Origin: an uncultured Eubacteriales bacterium
Lineage (GTDB): Bacteria > Bacillota > Clostridia > Oscillospirales > CAG-272
Length of the DNA stretch: 64,000 nt
Assembly: GCA_934371135.1 (NCBI GenBank)
Contig: CAKRNO010000006.1
Span: 7,751 to 71,750, forward strand
Direction: 5' to 3'
Positions 25,370 to 34,535 of this stretch are shown one piece after another (within the stretch, counting starts at the first letter, position 1; each line of letters opens with the position of its first letter). Under the pieces are notes generated by a model. It was not told where the DNA came from. It saw only the letters and a program-made list of their open reading frames with translations, and searched no databases. A program made the position numbers and the translations under genes.

Positions 25370-28048
25370 ATGAAAAAAAGAGCACTGGTCATTCTCCTCT
25401 GTCTGTGTCTGTGCCTGACGCTGTGCTTCTTCGTTGCTTGCGGCGACGAGGAGGACACGACGCCCTGCACCGAACACACGGACACGAACAACGACGGTAT
25501 CTGCGATCGTTGCGGCGCAAAGATTGAAAAGCCCAGCAAACCGGATCAACCGGACAATCCGAATCCGCCCGACCAGCCGGACAATCCGGATCCGCCTGCC
25601 AAGACACCCGTGACGGGCATCACGGTCTCCACCGATGATGACGAAGGCGACGGTTCCATGGAGAACCCCTTCACCGTCCGTGTGGCGCAGGGCAATCAGT
25701 TGCAGCTCTCTTACGCTGTCAGACCGAGCGGCGCGACCGACAAGACCTTCGCCTGGGCGGCGGGGACGGTTGCGAACGGCGTGTTCACTGCGGCGGACAA
25801 TACCGGTCTTTCCTTTACCGATAACGGTACGCGCCTGACGATCGAGGCCTCTGCCACCGCCACCTCGGCGGTCGTCCGCGGTCTCGCGAACGACGGCAGC
25901 GGCGTCAGCGTGTATCTCTCCGTCGTCGTCGAGACGTACAATCCCGTGACCGGGATCACCTCCGGCAAGCTGCCGACGTCCGATGACGAAACCTACAACT
26001 ACATTTTCGTGACCGCTCTCGGCACCAAGTGGGATATGAGCGGTGCGCAGCTCGGCCGCAGAGACGAGCTCCTGAACGGTCAGATCTTCGGCGGCAAACA
26101 GGCGCCGCGCAACCTGACCTATTGGCCGAACCTGCACAACTTTGCAATTGCGGTCTCGCCCGACGATGCGACCAATCCCGCGATTGTCATCAGCTACACC
26201 GATGATACCGTCATCCGTGTAGACGTGAACGGCACCTGGACCGCCCTGAAGGCAGGCGTGACCGTCGTGACGGTGTCTTCCTACACCGAGCCGAGCGTCG
26301 CCATCAAGATCAAGGTCGTCGTCAAAGAGACCCTGTATCCCGGTATCCTCATGGAGGACTATCTGAATACCACGACATCCACCCTGGATTCCTGGGATCT
26401 CGATACTGACCATGCGAGCCCGGCACAGGACGCGCGCTATGACGACTGGCACCTGGTGATGCTCCAGACCAACCAGGAGCGCGGTCAGACCGGTGCCGAC
26501 AACAACCAGAAGATCTTCTACATGGGTACCGCCGATCGTCCGTACGGCATCTGCCTCGAGAACAATATCGGCGCGAACTCCGGTGGGTCTCTCTTGGAGG
26601 CAGCATCGCTCATGTGGGCGAAGCTGACGATCCCCTCCGGCGCCGTGACCTTCAACATCAAGTTGAGCAACAACGATAAGGTGCACGGTCAGTACCGCGT
26701 CCTCTTTGTCTCCGAAGACGGCACTGTGACCGTTCTCACGAACGGTTGGCAGGGCTTCTCCGGTCCGATCAACGAAACGACCCAGAAACTCGTTCTGCCG
26801 GAATCCATCAAGGGGCAGACCGGTGCGATGGTCATCGAACACCGCGTGACCGAGTTCGATAACAACGCCGAGTTGCAGATCAAAGTGATGAAGTTCGAGG
26901 GACAGGTCGGTGTCACCGGCGTCAACCTCGTTAAGTCCTCCGGCACCTACAAGCCGGGTCAGAGCTTCACGCTCGTTGCCTCTGTTTCCCCGAGCAACGC
27001 CACCAATGATAAGATCCTGTTCTACATCAAGGACGAGAGCGCGAACCTCGGCGTGACGGTCGATCCGAACACGGGCGTCGTGACGATTGCAGAGGGGACC
27101 GCGGCAGGCACCTACTACATTATGGCGAGATCTGCAGAGAACGCCAACATTACCGCGACTTACACACTCACTGTGACCGCCGATGAGATCGAGGTCAACC
27201 AGTGGGAGGGCAAGTCGGAGATCCTGGACGGCGTGCAGGGCATCCTCTGGACGATCGTCGGTGACTATGACGCGGGCGTCGGCGAAGGTGCTGACCTCCG
27301 TATGGGCGGCGGCGACTGGTCTGCTCTGAAACTGGCTGATCGCAAGATCAAGAACAACGCTTACATCCTGACCTTCGGCGCGCGTGTGTTCCACCGCGAC
27401 GGAGAGACCTATCCGAAGTTCGTGGTGAAGGTCAACGGTACCGTCATCCGCGGCATCGGGCAGACCGAGGACTGGTTCTATGTCGATACCGACGCGACCC
27501 AGTACTGCAGCTATGACCTCTCGGCTTACGTCGGGCAGACCGTCACGATCGAGATCGGTATCACGCAGGGCACGCACGCTGTTGTGCAGAAGATTGCGTT
27601 TACCGGAACGTCTGCGACGCTCTGGGAGAACAAGGCGGATATGCTCGACGAACAGAACGATCCGTGGACGCTGACGGGTAACTGGGACGCAGGCGTCGGT
27701 GAAGGCTACGATATCAAGGACACCGGTTCCGCCATCTCCAACACCTTTGTCATCGGCGCAGGCTACAACAGCCAGTTCACCTTCAAGGCACGCGTATTTC
27801 ACCGTGACGGTGAAACGTATCCGGATATCAAAGTGACCGTGAAGGTCGGAGACGGCGATCCCGTCGTCATCCGCGCCATCGGGGTCGACGGCGACACCGT
27901 CCATGTGGACACCGACGCCGAGCAGTCCTTTACCTACGACCTCTCTGCCTATGCAGGGCAGGAGATCACGATTTCCATTACCCTTGAGAATGCGGCAACG
28001 CACTGCGTCATCACCTACATCGCGATGACGGGCAAGACCGCTGAATAA
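25370..28048 (+). CDS. Large surface lipoprotein: Cys/His/Asp mini-module, Big_2 Ig-like domains and two tandem CBM-like C-terminal modules
   Basis: RBS AAAGGA, lipobox FFVACG, CTEHTDTNNDGICDRCG. Big_2-like segments (VTGITVS..., VTGVNLVKSSGTYKPGQSFTLVASVSPSNATND). Duplicated ~139-aa modules start with WT(I/L)(V/T)G(D/N)(Y/W)DAGVGEG. Confidence 0.8.
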   Translation: MKKRALVILLCLCLCLTLCFFVACGDEEDTTPCTEHTDTNNDGICDRCGAKIEKPSKPDQPDNPNPPDQPDNPDPPAKTPVTGITVSTDDDEGDGSMENPFTVRVAQGNQLQLSYAVRPSGATDKTFAWAAGTVANGVFTAADNTGLSFTDNGTRLTIEASATATSAVVRGLANDGSGVSVYLSVVVETYNPVTGITSGKLPTSDDETYNYIFVTALGTKWDMSGAQLGRRDELLNGQIFGGKQAPRNLTYWPNLHNFAIAVSPDDATNPAIVISYTDDTVIRVDVNGTWTALKAGVTVVTVSSYTEPSVAIKIKVVVKETLYPGILMEDYLNTTTSTLDSWDLDTDHASPAQDARYDDWHLVMLQTNQERGQTGADNNQKIFYMGTADRPYGICLENNIGANSGGSLLEAASLMWAKLTIPSGAVTFNIKLSNNDKVHGQYRVLFVSEDGTVTVLTNGWQGFSGPINETTQKLVLPESIKGQTGAMVIEHRVTEFDNNAELQIKVMKFEGQVGVTGVNLVKSSGTYKPGQSFTLVASVSPSNATNDKILFYIKDESANLGVTVDPNTGVVTIAEGTAAGTYYIMARSAENANITATYTLTVTADEIEVNQWEGKSEILDGVQGILWTIVGDYDAGVGEGADLRMGGGDWSALKLADRKIKNNAYILTFGARVFHRDGETYPKFVVKVNGTVIRGIGQTEDWFYVDTDATQYCSYDLSAYVGQTVTIEIGITQGTHAVVQKIAFTGTSATLWENKADMLDEQNDPWTLTGNWDAGVGEGYDIKDTGSAISNTFVIGAGYNSQFTFKARVFHRDGETYPDIKVTVKVGDGDPVVIRAIGVDGDTVHVDTDAEQSFTYDLSAYAGQEITISITLENAATHCVITYIAMTGKTAE

Positions 28049-28061
28049 CTACGCGACCCGC

Positions 28062-28096
28062 GAATGTAGCCGCCCCTCGGCGGGGCGGCTACATTC
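28062..28096 (+). other. Intercistronic 15-bp GC-rich stem-loop
   Basis: Stem GAATGTAGCCGCCCC/GGGGCGGCTACATTC with only a weak U-tract. It looks more like an mRNA stabiliser or partial attenuator than a full terminator. Confidence 0.4.
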
Positions 28097-28133
28097 CCGA
28101 ATTTCTTGACTCAACCCTTTGGAGGAACAGCAA

Positions 28134-29474
28134 ATGAAACACAGAATTACAGCACTTCTTATGGCTGTCATGATCGTGATGACGGCTCTTGTCACGCTCG
28201 TGGGTTGCCGCGTCGGCGGAAACGGTGACGGCGGCGGAACGGGTGGCAAGGGGGATTTGAGCGGCTCTATCACTGTCTGGTGGCCGGGTGGTTCCTCCAC
28301 GACGGAAGCTGCTATCAACAACGCAAAAGCCAAGTATGAGGCGGATCATCCGGGCGTTACCATCAATATCGAATTTCAGAGCACCAGCGATTTCTACGCA
28401 AGCTATACGATGGCGCTGATGGGAAAGAACTTCCCGGACGTTGCCTATGTGGATCATGTATTTGTCCAGCGTCTTGCGTTCGACGGGCTGATTGCCAACC
28501 TGACGGAACTCGGTCTTAATGACCTCAAGGACAACTATATTGATTCTCTCTGGACCCCGAACCTCTCCGGCGACCAGCTGTATGCGTTGCCGATGAGCTC
28601 CAACATCCTGGCACGGGTCTATAACAAAGCCTTGCTTTCCAAGGTGACAGGGAAAGATTTCACGGACGATGATCTGCCGAAAAACTGGAATGAGTTCATC
28701 GCCCTCGGCGAGCAGATCGAAGCCTATAACCAGGCGCACAATCTGACCGGTAACGACAAACTTTATCTGACGACGATTCCCGCCGGCTCGGGTAACGAGT
28801 CGATGGGTGCAATGTTCTTCCTCGCGTATTCCGCACGCAGCGGCGGGACGCTGATGAATGCGGATCTCACCGAGATGACTCTCGCGACGAAAGCAAATAT
28901 CGACGCCGCGACGAAGATCAAATATCTCGCGGATCACGGCTACACGACGACGACCTTCAGCGAGAGCAAGTTCGAGACGGGGAAGGTGGCTTTCATCGAA
29001 ATGGGTCCCTGGAAGCTGACCGACTATTCCCGTATCGACGCCGCAAGCGACGATATCGATTACGGCTACTCGCAGGTGATGCCTTTTGAGAACGGCGGCG
29101 ACATTTCCTCGACCCTGGGGCTCTACTCGCTCGTTATTACGAAAAAGAGCAACAAACAGGCGCTGGCGGCGGACTTCATCAAGTATGTGACGACCGACAC
29201 CGAGGTACAGCTCGCGCACAACACGGTGCAGAACCTCATGCCGACGACCAAAGCCGCGATCGAAAACGAGTTCTACAAGACGCCCGAATGGACGGTTTTT
29301 GTCAACCAGCTCTCGCACGCGGTCGCCCGCCCCGGCTCCGCCGCATGGCCCTCGATCCAGAAGCTCGTGGCGGAATACACGACCGGGCTCCTCAACGGCA
29401 CGCGAGAGGTGGATTATATCTACTCCCTGCAGGCGGCTCTGACCGAGAAACTTGAGGACCTGGAGGACGAATAA
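28134..29474 (+). CDS. Carbohydrate ABC transporter solute-binding lipoprotein
   Basis: RBS GGAGGA, lipobox LVGCRVG, family-1 solute-binding-protein-like sequence. Confidence 0.9.
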   Translation: MKHRITALLMAVMIVMTALVTLVGCRVGGNGDGGGTGGKGDLSGSITVWWPGGSSTTEAAINNAKAKYEADHPGVTINIEFQSTSDFYASYTMALMGKNFPDVAYVDHVFVQRLAFDGLIANLTELGLNDLKDNYIDSLWTPNLSGDQLYALPMSSNILARVYNKALLSKVTGKDFTDDDLPKNWNEFIALGEQIEAYNQAHNLTGNDKLYLTTIPAGSGNESMGAMFFLAYSARSGGTLMNADLTEMTLATKANIDAATKIKYLADHGYTTTTFSESKFETGKVAFIEMGPWKLTDYSRIDAASDDIDYGYSQVMPFENGGDISSTLGLYSLVITKKSNKQALAADFIKYVTTDTEVQLAHNTVQNLMPTTKAAIENEFYKTPEWTVFVNQLSHAVARPGSAAWPSIQKLVAEYTTGLLNGTREVDYIYSLQAALTEKLEDLEDE

Positions 29475-30415
29475 TGGAGGGTGCGGAAGTCTCGGGCACC
29501 AAAGCTCGGAAGAAACACAAGTTTCAGCATGAGCTAAAGGCCTATTCACTGCTTGGCTTCCCGCTCGCGTGGTGGACGCTGTTCTTCGTCGTCGCGTTCT
29601 TTACCGCTCTGTTCTTCAGTTTCACGAACGTATCGCTCAACAAACTGGCAACAGGGGCGGAGATCAAATTTACCCTCGACAACTACAAGCGCATTTTCGG
29701 CTTCGGCTGGAAAAAGTTCGATAAAGAATTCTGGAGCAGTCTCGGCGTGACGATCCGTTGGACGCTGGTGATGACCCTCGGGAATAACCTGATGGGGCTC
29801 CTGTGTGCGTTCCTCATCCACTCGCTGAAACGCGGGAAACGCTTTTTCCTCGCTCTGCTGTTCTGGCCGTCCCTGGTCTCCGGCGTCGTCGGCTCCGATG
29901 TGACGAAGCTGGTCTTCGACTCCGGCAGCAACAGCCTTGCGAACAAACTGATTATGGCATTCGGGCACGAACCGATCCAATGGCTGACGGACGAAAAATA
30001 CGCCCTCATCTCCCTGATGATCATGCCGTTCTTCTTCGGCTTCTGCACCAAAATGCTGATCTATTATTCCTCGATTATCGCGATCCCGAATACGTACAAG
30101 GAAGCGGCGACGCTGGATACCGACAGCCATGTGAAGGTCTTCTTCCATGTGACGCTGCCGCTGATGAAAAACGCATTGATCCTGAATCTGCTCCTGTCGA
30201 TCATCGACGGGTTCAAGATCCTCGGTCCCATGCAGCTCATCACGAACGGCGGCTACGGTACGAATTCGTCCATGCTGTATATTTACAATACGGCGTTTGA
30301 GGACGGGCTGTTCGGGCGTTCCTGCGCGTATGCGACCATTCTGTTCCTGATCATCCTCGCGTTTACGCTCGTACAGCGTAAAATCTCCGGGTCGGAGGTG
30401 GATACCATTGAGTAA
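29474..30415 (+). CDS. Carbohydrate ABC transporter permease
   Basis: Six TM helices and the EAA-type loop EAATLDTDSHVKVFFHVTLP. RBS GGAGGA. Confidence 0.9.
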   Translation: MEGAEVSGTKARKKHKFQHELKAYSLLGFPLAWWTLFFVVAFFTALFFSFTNVSLNKLATGAEIKFTLDNYKRIFGFGWKKFDKEFWSSLGVTIRWTLVMTLGNNLMGLLCAFLIHSLKRGKRFFLALLFWPSLVSGVVGSDVTKLVFDSGSNSLANKLIMAFGHEPIQWLTDEKYALISLMIMPFFFGFCTKMLIYYSSIIAIPNTYKEAATLDTDSHVKVFFHVTLPLMKNALILNLLLSIIDGFKILGPMQLITNGGYGTNSSMLYIYNTAFEDGLFGRSCAYATILFLIILAFTLVQRKISGSEVDTIE

Positions 30416-30482
30416 CTTCTTGAAGAAATGTATCTGTCTGCCCGCCGGGGGTGTCTCCGCGTCCGAGGTCTGGGAGACGGCG

Positions 30483-31406
30483 ATGCCGGAAGCTCCCGTA
30501 GCGCCCGTCGAAAAAGAGGAGGCGCCCGCCGCGCCGATGAGTGCGGAAAAGGAGAAGAAGGTCAGGTCCGCGAGGCGGAAAGAGATCACGTTCCAGGTGA
30601 TCTGCATCCTGCTTCTTTCGCTCATTGCCTTCTGCCAGCTGTTCCCGTTCTGGCTCAAGCTGGTGGACTCGCTCCAGAGCCCGGATCTCATCCCGGACAG
30701 CGACGTGCTGTACGTCTGGCCGGTGAACGGAACGCTCAAAAACTATGCGACCGCCCTGAAGGTCAGCGGCTTCTGGCGCGCGCTCGGCAACACGCTGTTC
30801 CACTCGGTGATGTTCACCGCCATCAGTCTCCTGATTGCCATCGTCGTCGGGTATGTACTCGCCAAGATGGAGTTCCGGGGGAAAAAGGTCGTGAGCAATC
30901 TGCTGCTCTGCACCATGATGGTACCGGGCGAGGTGCTGATGATCCCGAACTATATTCTCGTGATGAATATGGGGCTGAACTACTCCATCTGGGGGCTGAT
31001 CCTGCCCGGTATCGTCAATGTGTTCGGCATCTTCCTCATCAAGCAGTACATGGCGAATATCCCGCAGTCAGTGCTTGAGAGCGGGGAGCTTGACGGATGC
31101 GGTGAGCTCCGCAAGATCTTCCTCATCGTCGTCCCGATGTCCAAGCCAGTCCTCATCACCTATGTGATCCTGACCTTCGTCAGTACCTGGAATGAGTACC
31201 TCTGGCCGATGGTCATGCAGTCGAGCGGCAGTACGGTCGAGACGCTCCAGCTCATCATGTACAAGTTCTATCCCGCGCTCGGGAACTACGCGGACGGGTT
31301 TGTCCGCTCGGCGGGCATGATCCTGATCACGCTGCCGATCATCATTATGTATATCATCTTCCAGCGCTACTTTTTGGAACAAAACAACGTGGGCGGCCTC
31401 AAATAA
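30483..31406 (+). CDS. Carbohydrate ABC transporter permease with a charged N-terminal extension
   Basis: EAA loop ESGELDGCGELRKIFLIVVP. ATG 30483 has GGGAGA 6 nt upstream. The ORF is open back to TTG 30408. Confidence 0.85.
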   Translation: MPEAPVAPVEKEEAPAAPMSAEKEKKVRSARRKEITFQVICILLLSLIAFCQLFPFWLKLVDSLQSPDLIPDSDVLYVWPVNGTLKNYATALKVSGFWRALGNTLFHSVMFTAISLLIAIVVGYVLAKMEFRGKKVVSNLLLCTMMVPGEVLMIPNYILVMNMGLNYSIWGLILPGIVNVFGIFLIKQYMANIPQSVLESGELDGCGELRKIFLIVVPMSKPVLITYVILTFVSTWNEYLWPMVMQSSGSTVETLQLIMYKFYPALGNYADGFVRSAGMILITLPIIIMYIIFQRYFLEQNNVGGLK

Positions 31407-31432
31407 CCGCCCCTCCAAGGAAGGAGAACCCC

Positions 31433-34400
31433 ATGAAAAGACAGACACGAATCAGACTCCTGACGATGCTCGTGTGCTTTGTCCTGATGTTCGCCTGCAC
31501 GCTCAGCGCCTGCAAGGACGCTGTGCCGACGCCGGACCCGGATAAGGTGGATACCTGTACCACCCATGTGGACAAGGACGGCGACGGCAAGTGTGATAAG
31601 TGCGGTGCCGAGGTGCCGAAGACACCGACGACCTGCACCGTGCACGTGGACAGTGACGGCGACGGCAAGTGCGATAAGTGCGGCGCCGATATGCCGATCA
31701 CCTCGGAGACGTTCTCGTATTTCGGGAATACAAAGCTTACCGAGGACAAGAAAGTGTACCTTTTGAACAGCACCGCCGACGGCTACAACTACGACGGCGA
31801 CCAGCTGTTCCTCTGCCAGGCGTTGCAGGGGCTCTTTGCAAGAAAGAACGTCACGTTTTATGTCGACAGCCACTATATGACGAACGGCACGAACGTGGAT
31901 ATGTTCTATCTCGAGCAGGCAAAAGAAAACTACGGCGTGACGTATGAGTCGATCTCGCTCGAGCAGGCAGTACAGATGTACATTGACACATGGAGTGCCA
32001 ATGTGGCGGACGGCACCTGGGGCTCCCAGATCGCGCTCGACAGCTACAACAACGTGGTGGGCGTCACCGCCTACACCGAGACCTCCGGCGCCGGGTACAG
32101 CACCCCCGGCTACATCGTGTACAAAGCGGGCGACGTTTCGGTCAATATCGCGGCGACCCTGTGCGGGATTACCGGGTTCCTGCCCGTATGCGAGGACGAC
32201 GTCAATGCCTGCAAGGCAATGGGTCTTGTTGAGAAATTCAATGTGAACAGCGCCGCTCTGACCTACAAGTGGCTGTTCAACAACGTCATGAGCGAGCTCT
32301 CCACCTCCGGCCTTGTACACCAGAACTATACCTCCCCCGAGGGGACGAACAAGTTCATCAAGGACTACGGTATCTGCAATAAGTTCTTCCACGTCTACTA
32401 CGATGAGACGTCGATCGTCGGTACGAGCTTCAAGAAGACGCTCCACAGCTTCCTTGAGCCGAACTGCCCGATCTTCGGCTACACCTATTCCGAGGACAGA
32501 GACGTGGCGTTCTTCTCCCAGTACGGGCAGTTCATCATTCCGACGGACTATACCTGCAACCTGACCTTCCTCGCGGCAGATGCCTTTGCGGGGCAGACGT
32601 TCAGCCAGCCCAACAAGGATTACGAAAAGCCGGCGGAATCCGGTAAACACTATGTGGCGTTCGTCGTCTCCGACGGCGATAACGCGACCTACTGGCAGAA
32701 TACCGCCGCTTTCGCGACCAACTACATGAACGCAGCGGGGCGCGAGAACGATACCTTCCCGGTCACCTGGTCGATCACCCCCTCGCTCGCCGACCTGATG
32801 CCTCTGGTGCTGGCGAACGTGTATGCCAACCAGGCGAACGCATACGACTACTTCTGCGCACCGGTCTCCGGGCAGGGGTATATCAATGCGGGCAATTACG
32901 CGGCGCAGAAGAACGGCGAGTATTTCGCGGACTTCTGCAGCAAGCTGGATGTGTATATGAAGAAAGCTGGACTGTCCGTTGCGACGGTCATCGGCGGCAA
33001 CAGCCAGAACGACGTCGCAAACGTCCTCGCAGGCTATGCCGGATGCGAGAGCGTCAAGGGCGGTATCGTCTATGACGGTTACAAGTATTTCGGCACGAAC
33101 CCGGGCGGCGTCATGTGGGTGAACGGCAAGCCGTTTATCCAGCCCCGCGACAGCCTGTGGGAGACGACCCCGGCGTACATCGCGGCGCGTATCAACACCT
33201 ATTCCACCGACATTACGACCATTGACGCCTATACCATCGTCAATGTGCATCCGTGGAGCCACTCCTACGCGGATATCCGTACCATTGTCGGTATGCTGAA
33301 TGACAATGTGGAGGTTGTCAGCGTGGACAGACTGGTCACGATGATGACCGATAACGTCACCGATAAATCCAGCACGAACTCCTTCCAGGTGCCGGAGCGC
33401 AACGGTATCAGCATCTCCGAGGACTACCTGCGGCAGAACCCCTCGCTGATCCCCGTCGATCCGCTTTTCAACGACTTCCTGCTGTGGGCGGAGGACTGGA
33501 CCGGCAGCGGCGTGACCTATAACAGCAGCGACCGCGCCTGCTCCAACGTCGGCGCCATGTATAAGGGCAATATTTCCATTGCGGCGGGCTCGACCGGCAC
33601 CAAGACGCAGTTCACCCTGCCGGATATCGCCGACTACTGGTTGAGCTTCAATGCCCGCTGTGACGCGGAAAATCCCGCGACGACAGCTACCTTCGACGTC
33701 ATTATGACGGTGGACGGCGTCCGCAAGACCGTGATGAAGAACGTGACGCTCCGCGGCGTTTCCGGGACGGAGACGCAGACCGTGAACGGTGACGGCTGGC
33801 AGTGCTTCGCGTTCCCGATTGCGCAGTATTTCGCCGGTTACCGCGGCAAGACCTGCACGCTGGAGATCGACGTGCATGACGGCGGTGCGGGGATCCGCCT
33901 CGACCAGGTCACGTTCAAGGACAGAACCGTCGATCCGGCGGTCGACCAGACGACGGTCAATCCTTTCGACAACCGGTTCGGCTCCTCGACCGAGGACTGG
34001 ATGCTCGGCGAGCAGTACAAGACCAGCCAGTACTACTGGTGGGATGTCATCGACCGTGAGAACCTCGCTCCCACGAACTCGCTGCAGATCGACTGCTCCG
34101 ACGGCGGCGGTGACGAGAAGCGCAACGGCAACACGAATATGTGGATGGCGAAGCACTATGTCCTGCCCGAGAGCGACAAGATCACGCTTACGTTCCGCGT
34201 GACGAGCGATAACGACACCGGCGCGTACATGAAGATATCGCTGTATGTCGACGGTCAGTACATCGTACTGTACGACTGGCAGAGCGCACGGGACAGCAAG
34301 GGCAATACGACCGTGACGGTCAACCTCAGCGAGACCTATCCCGATATCGATTTCAGCGGTCAGGAAGTGACCGTTGTGTTCGAGGCGCGTGACGGCGGCC

Positions 34401-34459
34401 GTAACAACGGCGTCGGCGAAGCGTGCAAGCTCCACTACTTTACGACCAAAGCGGACTAA
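31433..34459 (+). CDS. 1008-aa lipoprotein: two Cys/His/Asp mini-modules, a GxGYxYP-family core and two C-terminal CBM-like modules
   Basis: RBS AAGGAAGGAGAA, lipobox LSACKD, VVSDGDNATYWQNTAAF, SGQGYINAG and IVNVHPWS. Confidence 0.8.
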   Translation: MKRQTRIRLLTMLVCFVLMFACTLSACKDAVPTPDPDKVDTCTTHVDKDGDGKCDKCGAEVPKTPTTCTVHVDSDGDGKCDKCGADMPITSETFSYFGNTKLTEDKKVYLLNSTADGYNYDGDQLFLCQALQGLFARKNVTFYVDSHYMTNGTNVDMFYLEQAKENYGVTYESISLEQAVQMYIDTWSANVADGTWGSQIALDSYNNVVGVTAYTETSGAGYSTPGYIVYKAGDVSVNIAATLCGITGFLPVCEDDVNACKAMGLVEKFNVNSAALTYKWLFNNVMSELSTSGLVHQNYTSPEGTNKFIKDYGICNKFFHVYYDETSIVGTSFKKTLHSFLEPNCPIFGYTYSEDRDVAFFSQYGQFIIPTDYTCNLTFLAADAFAGQTFSQPNKDYEKPAESGKHYVAFVVSDGDNATYWQNTAAFATNYMNAAGRENDTFPVTWSITPSLADLMPLVLANVYANQANAYDYFCAPVSGQGYINAGNYAAQKNGEYFADFCSKLDVYMKKAGLSVATVIGGNSQNDVANVLAGYAGCESVKGGIVYDGYKYFGTNPGGVMWVNGKPFIQPRDSLWETTPAYIAARINTYSTDITTIDAYTIVNVHPWSHSYADIRTIVGMLNDNVEVVSVDRLVTMMTDNVTDKSSTNSFQVPERNGISISEDYLRQNPSLIPVDPLFNDFLLWAEDWTGSGVTYNSSDRACSNVGAMYKGNISIAAGSTGTKTQFTLPDIADYWLSFNARCDAENPATTATFDVIMTVDGVRKTVMKNVTLRGVSGTETQTVNGDGWQCFAFPIAQYFAGYRGKTCTLEIDVHDGGAGIRLDQVTFKDRTVDPAVDQTTVNPFDNRFGSSTEDWMLGEQYKTSQYYWWDVIDRENLAPTNSLQIDCSDGGGDEKRNGNTNMWMAKHYVLPESDKITLTFRVTSDNDTGAYMKISLYVDGQYIVLYDWQSARDSKGNTTVTVNLSETYPDIDFSGQEVTVVFEARDGGRNNGVGEACKLHYFTTKAD
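31556..31684 (+). repeat. In-frame tandem repeat (78-nt period) encoding CT(T/V)HVD(K/S)DGDGKCDKCG twice
   Basis: GACGGCGACGGCAAGTG(T/C)GATAAGTGCGG occurs twice, 78 nt apart. Confidence 0.9.
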
Positions 34460-34471
34460 AAAATACTGATG

Positions 34472-34511
34472 CCCCGGGGCAGCGGGCGCGGTGACGCGCC
34501 CGCCTCCGGGG
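34472..34511 (+). other. Intercistronic GC-rich stem-loop between the two GxGYxYP lipoprotein genes
   Basis: Stem CCCCGGGGCAGCGGGCGCG-GTGA-CGCGCCCGCCTCCGGGG with no proper U-tract. Confidence 0.4.
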
Positions 34512-34535
34512 TCATTTCGGAGAAAGTAAAAGTAT

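Noticed and set aside
25161-25373. 70-aa ORF inside the long operon leader
   Set aside because: It has no Shine-Dalgarno sequence, the product is Arg/Pro/Lys-rich and it overlaps the true start at 25370. It is treated as non-coding leader.
25145-28003. 952-aa minus-strand ORF opposite the Big_2 lipoprotein gene
   Set aside because: It is antisense to a gene with a lipobox, Big_2 segments and internal repeats. Its composition is typical of a shadow ORF.
27248-28033. CRISPR array or DGR template/variable repeat pair as the explanation for repeated DNA (also the GLUG repeats and the 78-nt repeat at 31556-31684)
   Set aside because: All repeats are in-frame protein repeats with divergent DNA. 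There are no spacers of uniform length, no cas genes, no reverse transcriptase and no adenine-specific mismatch pattern.
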